A stretch of 63,825 nt of DNA, counting the filler, from Ministeria vibrans ATCC 50519 (Eukaryota > Protista > Filasterea): NCBI GenBank assembly GCA_943704425.1. It is 7 parts of 7 records of this genome, joined end to end, with 100 filler letters (N's around TTAATTAATTAA, not from the genome) between each part and the next. Parts side by side here need not be neighbours in the genome. Positions count along the whole stretch, not along the records: positions 54,469 to 60,580 come from CALSCP010000606.1; positions 60,681 to 61,838 come from CALSCP010001020.1; positions 61,939 to 63,825 come from CALSCP010000525.1; 4 more parts are not named here. One strand, 5' to 3'. Positions 54,469 to 63,825 of this stretch are shown one piece after another. The translations under genes and the position numbers were made by a program. The notes under the pieces were generated by a model that saw nothing but the letters and a program-made list of their open reading frames with translations, ran no database searches and was not told the DNA's origin. Position 1 is the first letter of the stretch. Every line of letters begins with the position of its first letter.

Positions 54469-54848
54469 ACACTCTTGTGAGGAACCCCGACTTGGACAGA
54501 AGGGGCTATGCTAAACAACTGCGCTGCCGCCGCCCTGGCTGCATGTCAAAGACGTCGAGCATCTGCGCTCAGTGCAAAGTCGGCTACTGCCACTTTGGGG
54601 GACGCCGTTGCTTCAATGTCGAGCATGGCCTGGCGTGCGACGATGAGATATGACCAGATTGAAGGACGATCAGTTTTTTTTTTCATCGTTGTTATTGTCC
54701 TAAATTCAGGCCGTTACCCAAGAGATGGAATCGAGCCCGTAAAAATAAAATTCCTGTTTTTTGCGCGATAGATTTTTTTTGTTGCTGAATAAGACAGTAT
54801 TGGCCTCCTTGGTTGTCGGACTGAGGAGTGTTTGTAATTAGTATTGTC

Positions 54849-56192
54849 ATGGCGTCTGCGATGAGGCAGAAACTCGGAGTGGGAGTTGTTGGCGTTCTGA
54901 CACTGCTTCTGCTTCTGCTTCTGCACGGCTTACGACCAGCGCAGCAGCAGAATGCTCTGCAAGAAGATACCGCACTGCCCGCATGCACACCGGCCATCTC
55001 GTTGGATATGTGTCCGTGTGACGACGTGCGGGATGTTGAGACAGACAAGGAGCGCGACGCGACGGTGACAGAGTTGCCTCACTCCAGCGCCATTTCGTCT
55101 TCATACACATATTTCGGCATCGAACTGTTCCAACAGCTCAACGACAAGTGGATCAAGCACCCAATGAACGACCGGAGATTCATCCGGCCATATCCAAAGT
55201 ACCTGAATCGCCCCGATGTTCAGAATGGTCGGCGAAACCGTCGCGCGTCCATCATGGATGATCCCGTGCGGAAGGCGTGGGAGATCAAGGACGCCAACAC
55301 CCGCATCCAGACTCTTGCAGCGGCCTTTAACTGGAACGATCCATTACGGGCGCCAGGGAGGGGAACACGGGTATGGAAAACACACACAGACAATTGGTTG
55401 ACATCCAACTCCCATCCAACACGCGCACGCAAATTGAGAGCCATCTTCACACATGCGCGCTGATCTGTAGATGCTTGAAGTTGGCTGCGGCAGCGGACAC
55501 GTCAGCGAGGCCATGATGCAAAAATATCCAGGTGTCAAGGTACGATGAATATTTCCCTGTTTAGTTTGTTTGCTCTGTAAGAGTGACTTTTTTTCTTTCT
55601 TTTCTTCTCACACCTCGCACAACAGGTAGTCTGTGTGGAGCCTGTAAGCCGGCGCGACTGGTGGGTCGGTCGAAAGGGCCCCGATTACAAGGTTCTGGAT
55701 CTGTCGACTGCCGATCTGGCTCGCGAATTCCAGCCGATCGCACAGTTCGACTTCCTCTACTCGTTTGTCGTCTACGAGCATGTGCGTGACCCCGAGGCCA
55801 TGATCAAAGCTTCGCATCGGCTGCTGAAGCCTGGCGGCCGCATGTACACGTACGCTAACCTGCAGCGCGGCTCCAGTGCGTCCCACCTCTACCGCGACAT
55901 CTTCTTCCCCTGGCCTCACTTGCTGTTCCCACCCCACGTATTTGCCCTGTACTATCGCGATGTGCTCAAGCGCGAGCCCACCATCCCGAGCTGGGTCAAC
56001 GGCTGGACCACTGCGCACTACCGCCTTGCCTATGCCGAGACCGGCTTCCACGTCGACGACTTCTCCGTCATGGAATCGCGGTGGGACGACGACGTCGAGG
56101 CATTCTATCAGCAGTTCGTCAGCATCCTGAGCATGTACCCCAAGAAGGACCTCAAGGCCGACTTTTTCAAGTCTGTTGTTACAAAGCTATAG
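54849..56192 (+). CDS. Class I SAM-dependent methyltransferase with an N-terminal signal anchor
   Basis: TM GVGVVGVLTLLLLLLL, motif I MLEVGCGSG, FDFLYSFVVYEHVRDP, LLKPGGRM. Confidence 0.85.
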
Positions 56193-56603
56193 TCATTCTC
56201 ATATCTTTTATTACGGAGTACTTCCCGGGATGTATGAATGTAGAAAAGATCCACACAATTATTAATTTACTATAGTCTATAAGGTGTTATTTGGGTGTTG
56301 GAGAGACAGGAGAGACCAAGGGATGATAAATGCAATTATATAATTATTATTGTCCATTTCCCTTCTCCCTCCAAAATACTCCATAATCCATATCGCTTCA
56401 GGTCTGCTTCTTCTTTTCCAATTCTTCAGCAATCAACGAACTGACTGTCTGACTCATGACTAAGAAAAATTATTTAGGATGACTCTTTACAGATTCCGGA
56501 CTGTTCACTGTTTGCCATTCTAAAACAAACTGAAACTCCCAACAAAAATTCAAAATTAATGTAAAAAGAGTAAAAAAATTTAAAAAAACCCCTTTTTTTT
56601 CAA

Positions 56604-59214
56604 ATGGACGAGCAAGACCTCGGGTTGTTGCGATCCGAAGAGCCTGCGGGTCTTGACAAGCCAGTCGAGCCGATTGTCGTTGGGGTGAGGCGCACTTGAG
56701 ATGGAGAGAAATAAAAATACATTAAACTCAATCCCATGACTTAGACGCTGCGCGAACCAAGTGCGTCGAGTCAAACCCTTGAAGATGAGAGACGGGCGTT
56801 GATTGCCCCGCCCGTCGCGCCCGCTGGACTGGCCGTTGCCATTTCCGTTTGGATCAAACTCGCATTTGCGTGTGGCGCCGCCCCCAGCGCCGTCACCCAC
56901 ACCGTTATTGGCTTCTACCTTTCGCCCTTCCTCCTTGAAGTCGCACGGGTACGCCAGTCGTCCAGCAAATGTCCCCTGGGCCCACAAATAAATGCGCTTT
57001 GGTCCTCTCCCACAGATTTCCCCAACACAGGTCGCAAACATTGTTCTCATTGGCCGGGTTTGGGACGCCGTGACTGATCCGCTCGTGGGTTACCTCACCC
57101 AGAAGACCAACAGTCGCTGGGGGCGCTTTAGGCCGTGGTACGTGTGACGAAAAAAAAACCGAGAAATTTGTTGTCAACGGAAGTTGCTCGCTTAGGCTCA
57201 TTGCTGCCTGCATTCCATGTGCCGTCTCCTACTTGTGTCTGTGGATCGTCCCCGACTTCTCGAAAAACGGCAAATTCGTCTACTATCTGCTGGTGTACTG
57301 TCTCTACCAGACGACCTTCACCTGCTTCTTTGTGCCGTACACTGCCCTCTCCATGGTCATCACAGCAGACGCCAAAGTGCGCGATTCGCTCGTCACCTTC
57401 CGCATGACCGCCGAAGTTGTCTCGGTGCTGATTGGCAATCTCATCCAGGGCCAGATTGTCGCGCGGCTCAGTGACAATCCGAGCTCAGCCTATCTCATCA
57501 GTGGCATCATCTTTTCCGGTGTCATTCTCACCACTGGCTTTGTCGTCTTTTTCGGTGTTCGACACGGTGCGAAAAAGAACTCCTCGGGAAAAGGGAAGAA
57601 AGATGTTCTCACCCTCTCACTTTCTCGAAAATAGAACTTCCCATTACGGAAGCACAAAAGGAAACACTCAAAAATGCGACATTCCTCAACGGATTCAAAA
57701 TTGCAGTGACGACTCGACCGTATCTGATTCTCACAATGCTCTACCTGTGCATTTGGCTCAGTGTGCAACTCATTCAAGTTCGACCAATCTTTTTATCACA
57801 TCACTTTGTCTCTCTATCACTTTGTCTCTCTCTTTACCTTTGTCTCGATCTTCAACTTTGTCTTTCTCTCTCACTTTCTCGTCTTTATCACTTTGTCTCT
57901 ATCACTTTGTCTCTATCACTTTGTCTCTCTCTATCACTTTGTCTCTCTTCAACTCATCACTTTGTCTCTCTTCAACTCATCACTTTGTCTCTTTTATCCA
58001 GCAAGCCCTCATTTTTTTCTCTCTCTCTCTCTTCTTGTGTGTAGGGCAATCTCTTACTGTACGTGAAGTATAGTTTGGGACTGTCTGGAGCATTTAGCTA
58101 TCTTCTGATTGCACTGCTTGTGGCGACGTTTGCGCAAATGCCTCTGTGGCTGATTATACTGCGTCGCATTGGCAAGAAATGGACCTACTTTGTTGGAGTG
58201 TCGAGTGTAATTCCGGTCTATCTGGGGCTTTACTGGTCGCCCTATGGCGATCAAGCGGCCATTTATGCCCTCTGCACCCTTGCGTCGTTTGGTCTGGCGA
58301 CCGCCTATCAGCTCCCTTGGTCCATGTTGTGCGGTACGCTACATAGAGAGGGGGGGGGGGNNNNNNNNNNNNNNNNNNNNNNNNNNNNNNNNNNNNNNNN
58401 NNNNNNNNNNNNNNNNNNNNNNNNNNNNNNNNNNNNNNNNNNNNNNNNNNNNNNNNNNNNNNNNNNNNNNNNNNNNNNNNNNNNNNNNNNNNNNNNNNNN
58501 NNNNNNNNNNNNNNNNNNNNNNNGGGGGGGGTTAGGTGATAGAGAGAGAGAGAGAGTGACTCTGGCGCTCTACGTGTCTCCCTCGATTGTTTTTTTTCTA
58601 TCAAGTCATTATTATTGTTATACTTTAGATTGTGTTGATGATCACGAAATTCAAAGTGGCGAACGCAGAGAGGTACGAACTGAAAACAACAAACACCAAA
58701 ATAATAAGAATAATAATTTATAATAATAATAATAATTATAATAATTATTATTTTTATTCTATAGGGCACGTTTTTCGCATTTTTTGTCTTCTTCCAAAAG
58801 TTTGGGTCAGGAATCGCACTTGCAATCAGCAACTACGCACTGGGACAGTCTGGATATGTGGAAGCAACGGATGACGTGCCAGACCCAGTACAGCCAGAGA
58901 GTGTCGATAAGGTGTTGCGCGCACTCGTGTCGTTTGCTCCGACTGCGCTTGTTGTGCTGTCGCTGGTACTGCTGTACTTTTACCCGATTACCCGTGCACG
59001 ACGCGTACAGAATGAAAAGATGCTGGTGGACCGGGAGGAACGCATGCGCAACGCAGAGTGTGTTGTCGATGAAGATGGTGTCATTCACATTGGGACGTCC
59101 CCGCACGACACCACCACAGCCGATGAAGACACCCGTCCCGAGATGGAACCCGTTGAGGCGACGGCCTTTTTCCGCGCATTGGGTGCCGATGATGACGAAG
59201 AGTCGTCTATTTAA
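56604..59214 (+). CDS. MFSD2: MFSD2-like (GPH / MFS_2) sodium symporter
   Basis: GFYLSPFLLEVA, GRVWDAVTDPLVGYL..SRWGRFRPW, VPYTAL, RMTAEV, LPWSML..DCVD..RREG.FFAFFVFFQK. Confidence 0.9.
57795..57992 (+). repeat. Degenerate tandem array of ATCACTTTGTCTCT units in an MFSD2 intron
   Basis: About 8-9 copies read directly. Confidence 0.9.
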
Positions 59215-59410
59215 ATCACACACACACACACACACATACACACACACTCAACTCACTACTCGCTCACTTGCCCACTCACCCACCACTCACTCCACTCACT
59301 CCCTCCCTCACTCAGTCACTCACACGCAAAATGTAACACTTGGCATACGGGAAAAAATAAGAGACGGTTCAATTAAAAACAAACAAAATTGATGCGTATG
59401 TGTGGGTGAG

Positions 59411-60452
59411 TTAGTAGCGACGAGAGTAGTCTCTGTCGCGATGAGAGTAATCGCGGTCACGGTATTCACCGCTGTCACCTCTCCCTCCACGCGACCCACG
59501 CGAGTCGTCTCTCCGTCTGCAAACAAAAAGGGATAAGTGAGACACGCACACATCGCACTCTCTATTTTGTTTCTATCCCTTTGCATTTCTTTCTCCATTG
59601 TGTTTCTCTATCTCTTTGTTTCTTTCTCCCTCCTCTCTATCATATTATTTCGCTCTGCCTCCTCTCTTTCGTACCTGTCGTAATGATCACTTGCTTGTGG
59701 CTGATACTGTTGTTGTTGGTGGTGTTGCGGTGGTGCCTGTGAAGTGGACTCGGGTCTCGGCTGAATGGGCTTTGGCTTGACATAGCCCTCCTTGCGCTGT
59801 TCGCCGCCAAGTCCGCCGCCGCACTTGCGCGGTCGCCACTCCTTGAGCGTCCGTCCTCGCTCATAGTCAATAATCACGCGCTGCCCACCCACAACCAGGC
59901 CGTCTGCGTACTTGTACGCATCGCGCATCTGCTGCTCTTCGGCGTACTCCAGAAACGCATAGCCGCGCGAGACCCCCTTGCGGTTGCGCACAATCCGCAG
60001 CTTGCGAACTTCACCAAACCTGCTCGAATGAAAGAGGATCCAAGACAGAAGGGGGTCAGTCGAGAATACAGCCTCCAGCGGCGCTCACCGTTCAAAGTGC
60101 GGCTTAAGATCGTCTTCCGTCGTGTCCAGAGGCAATCGGCTCACAAAGATCGTCTTGTACGGATCCGCCGTCTTATTCGCCTCGTCACTGTGCGGATCCC
60201 ACGTCGCTTTCAACCGTGCAAACTTCTCCTTGGCCGCCGCCTTCTTCTCCTTGATCTACATCAACACACACACACACGAAAAAAAAAACGATTAGAAGAA
60301 AAAAAAAAGAAAAAAAAACCTTTCGTGTTCGTTCGTACGCGCTTCTCGTGCATTTCGGTCCATGTGTAGACGGGTTCGGCGGCCGGCTTGGCATGCGGAT
60401 CGAATTCGCCGATGAAATCGGCAAGGCCTGCGTAGCGAGGGACTTTTCGGGG
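59411..60452 (-). CDS. SNRNP70: U1 snRNP 70-kDa protein; 5' end cut off at the contig end
   Basis: WDPHSD..DPYKTIFVSRL, RNP1 SRGYAFLEY, AYKYADG..RVIIDYERGRTLKEWRPRKCGGGLGG, RD/RS-rich tail. Confidence 0.93.
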
Positions 60453-60580
60453 CTGAAAGTGCAAACGAACGAGTGAGACGCAAAAAAATGAGCGGGGAGG
60501 AAAGAAAGGAGAGAGCAGACGAAGTAACATAGATAGAGTGGATATGAGGGGAAGACGAGAAGGGAGGGAGGGGGGAGGGG

Positions 60581-60680
60581 NNNNNNNNNNNNNNNNNNNN
60601 NNNNNNNNNNNNNNNNNNNNNNNNTTAATTAATTAANNNNNNNNNNNNNNNNNNNNNNNNNNNNNNNNNNNNNNNNNNNN
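60581..60680. other. Artificial contig linker
   Basis: N44-TTAATTAATTAA-N44. Confidence 0.97.
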
Positions 60681-60789
<109 letters not shown>

Positions 60790-60943
60790 ATCACTTTGTT
60801 TCTTTCTTTCTCCTCTCTCTATCACTCTCCCTCCCTCCTCTCACTTTGTCCTCTTGCCACTATGCTGTTTCTCTCTCTCCCCCCCGTCTCACTTTGTCTT
60901 TCCTCTCTCTCTCTGTCTCTCTCATTTTGTTCTCTCGTTTTAG

Positions 60944-61003
60944 TGCGACAACATGAACGTTGTTCTCATCTGCATCGACACCTTTATCAAGAAGTGTAGC
61001 TGA
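60944..61003 (+). CDS. Last exon of a probable PP2C/PPM phosphatase
   Basis: Acceptor at 60943, then CDNMNVVLICIDTFIKKCS*, matching the C-terminal DN-x-x-hydrophobic PP2C motif. Confidence 0.5.
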   Translation, partial: CDNMNVVLICIDTFIKKCS

Positions 61004-61337
61004 GTGGGAACTGAGACTTGTGAAGAGTGAACTTGCAATTTATTACAGTACTACTTCTTCCTTCATTGGAGATGGGTCGGTTTCACACAGTTTTGTCAGA
61101 GGCAGTAGAAATGATCGAGTGATTGATCTAAATGATCAGTCATGAGTGGCTCTGCCAGCACAAACCTGACTTTTGGAGTTTAAGTGGACTCATTGGACAC
61201 TGGAGGAGGGGCCAAGGGCCAAGCCCCACCGCCGACGCGCGATGGCGCGCAATATATTCTTATCTCTTAACTCTTATCTGAATTTTGAATTTTTATATTT
61301 TTCGTTTTTACTAATATTCCTCAACGCTACGTGCACA

Positions 61338-61575
61338 ATGGACTTGGACGCAGTGGAAGACATCGAACGGCACGTTTCGTTTGCGGCGGGGACCTCAGCA
61401 GCCGCAGCAGACGCCGTCCAAGCGAACGCGTCCATGGCTGCCCATCGCCGCGTCACTATCACCTTCCAGGACCTCGTACGCACCGCCTCTTGCGCCCCAC
61501 CGCCCCACCCCCCTTCCCGCCAACCCCCTCTCCGTGACCACGCTCTTATCGGTCTTGTGTCTTTTTTGTCTCTCA

Positions 61576-61616
<41 letters not shown>

Positions 61617-61731
61617 GACCTACACCATCCAGCAAAAGAAGCCCATCACGCTGCGCGAGCGCCTCTTCCAGTGCAAGCGCCCCGAGCATGTTGAAAAGGA
61701 CCTCCTGAAGAACGTCACGGGTGCCATTCGA
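61338..61731 (+). CDS. N-terminal exons of an ABCG-type transporter; truncated
   Basis: VTITFQDL/TYTI...KDLLKNVTGAIR, typical of the segment before Walker A in ABCG proteins. Confidence 0.7.
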
Positions 61732-61838
61732 GTGAGACCCAATTTCACTCACTTTTGCCTCTTTGCTCAGTTTTAACCACGTGTCAAGCACGTCGTCGTC
61801 CTGTGCCAATGCCAAGCCCCCATTGTGTTGTTGTTGTT

Positions 61839-61938
61839 NNNNNNNNNNNNNNNNNNNNNNNNNNNNNNNNNNNNNNNNNNNNTTAATTAATTAANNNNNN
61901 NNNNNNNNNNNNNNNNNNNNNNNNNNNNNNNNNNNNNN
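61839..61938. other. Artificial contig linker
   Basis: N44-TTAATTAATTAA-N44. Confidence 0.97.
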
Positions 61939-62474
61939 GAGACTTCACTGAACATAACCATTATCCTGTTACGAGAAGATTCGGGCAAAAACCGGACACT
62001 TGATTTTTCGGGCAGACCCAGGCTCTGAGTTGGGCCTGGAGTCCATTTTGCAATTCGGTCGAATGATTTTTTTTTTGGTTGGTTGGACGAAACTTCGGTC
62101 GAGAAAACGAATAAAAACCCCCCTATACAACTCTTTGCCTTCCGGATCCTGGATCTATGGTCTGATTGGTGATTGGTCATTGATTGATTGATATGGTCTC
62201 TTTGACTCTTGAGTTCTTCTCTGATATCTCCGTTTTGCATCAGATGAATGATTATTATATTATTTTTGGTCGCTCCAAAACTAAGATTGTCACTCGGAAA
62301 GACAAATCATTTAGGTATGGTGCAAGTATTTATTGGTGTCACTACTACATGGCCACTACTCGAACTCAAACACTTTCCTGATTGTTTTGATTTCGATTAT
62401 GAAAATATCAGAAAGGTATTCTGTGTAAGGATAACACAAATGTCTCTCTCACACACACGCGATCTCTTGCCCGC

Positions 62475-63781
62475 TTACTCGGAGGCAGCGGCAGCGGGTG
62501 TGTCAGTGGGTGTGTCAGTGGGTGTGGCAGCTGGAGCGGCGGCGGGTGCGGCTTTGGATTCGAGCTTGAACGTCTCGGGGGTGTACTGGAAGGCAGACTG
62601 AGTGTAGCTGATGAGATCGCGCAGAGTGTTGGACAGGTTGGTCGCCGTGGTACTAAGCTGCTCGGCCGCATCGGTGCTTCCCTCGTCCGACGCCGATGCC
62701 TTGACGGCACAGGTAATGCGCATCTGACTGAGCAGCAAGGGCACTGTCTCAACCGCTTGCAGCAGCTGACTCTTGAGCCGTGCATTAGTGCACGCTGCGC
62801 CCACTGCCCGAGCTCGCTTCTGGATTTCCCGCGCTTCATCACTATACAGCGGCGAAAACATGATGTAAGATTATCGATACACACATGCTCACATATACAC
62901 TTGTGCAAACCGTACGAAAGTTCACGGCAAGCCTGGATGAGCCCCTTCTTGTTGTTGAGCTTAGCCTGGTCGCCCACGTCGTGCATTTTGCCGACAATGG
63001 CGTCGAGACACGCGCGTACTCCGTCGTCCTCGCGACGCGGCCTGTACCGCGCAGCAACACGCTTCAAGTTCGCAGCGGCATTCTAGAGAGAGAAAAAGAG
63101 AGAGAGAGAGGAGAGAAGAATGGAATGAGTTGGAAATCAGACTGTGTGCGTGTGTGTTTGAGTGGTCTCTCTCTATTGCTTGTTTCTTTCTCCCTCCTCT
63201 CTTTATGCTACCTTGATGATATCACCGGCCGCGTACATTTCTTCATTACGCGGAAACGGCTTGGAAGTCCTCTTGACAGGAGGACTCTTACTCTCGCTAG
63301 TGCCAACGGGGGCGTACGTGGCATCGCCGTCGCCCGAGTAGTAGCCCTCGCCAACCTCACCCATGTCAATGGAGTCGAGAAGACGGCCCTTACCCTTCTT
63401 GATGCCAAACCCGCGCATGCACCGCGCACTCTTGTCCGCCACCGTCAGTAAATTGGTCATGGCTCCTTCCACCTGCTTCATATTTTCCGCCGGCTTCGAC
63501 GTGTCCGGCTCCCCTTCAAATCCTCCCGTCTTGCCCACCACTTCGCGCATTCCCCCCGCCGCCTTGTCAAGCTCCTCCGCCCCATGCGACAGCTGTCCCT
63601 TGTACACCTCGTCACTGCTGTCCACCACTTCCGCTTCACTCCGCAGAATCGCCGCTTGGTGCTCCACTCGACTCGCCGCTGCTCGAGCCGCACGCGACGC
63701 CTCTTCAATGTTCTTCTTCTTGACGGCCACGCGGAAGCGACGTCCCAGCGCCTCCAGTTGCGCAAATGACGCAGTCAGTGC
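62475..63781 (-). CDS. Vinculin/alpha-catenin family protein, C-terminal exons including the tail domain
   Basis: KKGLIQACRELS..ARAVGAACTNARLKSQLLQAVETVPLLLSQMRITCAVKAS..AAEQLSTTATNLSNTLRD matches the vinculin-tail pattern C-T-D-x-R..LL...IP....QL.I...VKA. Confidence 0.8.
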
Positions 63782-63784
63782 CTG

Positions 63785-63825
<41 letters not shown>

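Noticed and set aside
63785-63825. Poly-A as a retrotransposon tail
   Set aside because: It is the poly-T tract of a minus-strand intron directly before the vinculin-family acceptor.

Overview
Eukaryotic, gene-dense DNA with many short introns. The gene content (vinculin-family tail, Abraxas, Notch-type EGF repeats, VPS10 receptor, TTAGGG repeats) fits a unicellular holozoan or other opisthokont protist; the organism is inferred, not identified. The window is not contiguous: six identical artificial 100-nt linkers (N44-TTAATTAATTAA-N44) join seven contigs, and at least three more joins at microsatellites look chimeric. Recognisable genes: VPS10/sortilin receptor, AP-3 beta (fragment), ABCE1 (3' half), NADAR/YbiA, a PH-only protein, GH128 glucanase, bleomycin hydrolase/PepC, D-cysteine desulfhydrase, LTA4H, MCM2, DDX54, NPC2, Abraxas, a stand-alone HIRAN protein, DDX56, ARP6, RPL26, a divergent Sar1, a membrane-anchored methyltransferase, MFSD2, U1-70K, and fragments of PP2C, ABCG and vinculin genes. 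Most notable: (1) a >3,500-aa membrane-anchored protein in which an 'RDPPG' scaffold carries nested PAN, RCC1-like and EGF insertions, mostly in one 8.57-kb exon, with its anchor exon bracketed by oppositely oriented telomeric repeats; (2) a decayed intronless ORF1-like frame starting next to one of those telomeric tracts; (3) a 12-mer, CTATCACTTTGT, embedded in (CT)n/(GA)n tracts of many unrelated introns; (4) an Abraxas ending in SPTV, head-to-head with a HIRAN-only gene; (5) a shared structured motif in two RPL26 introns.
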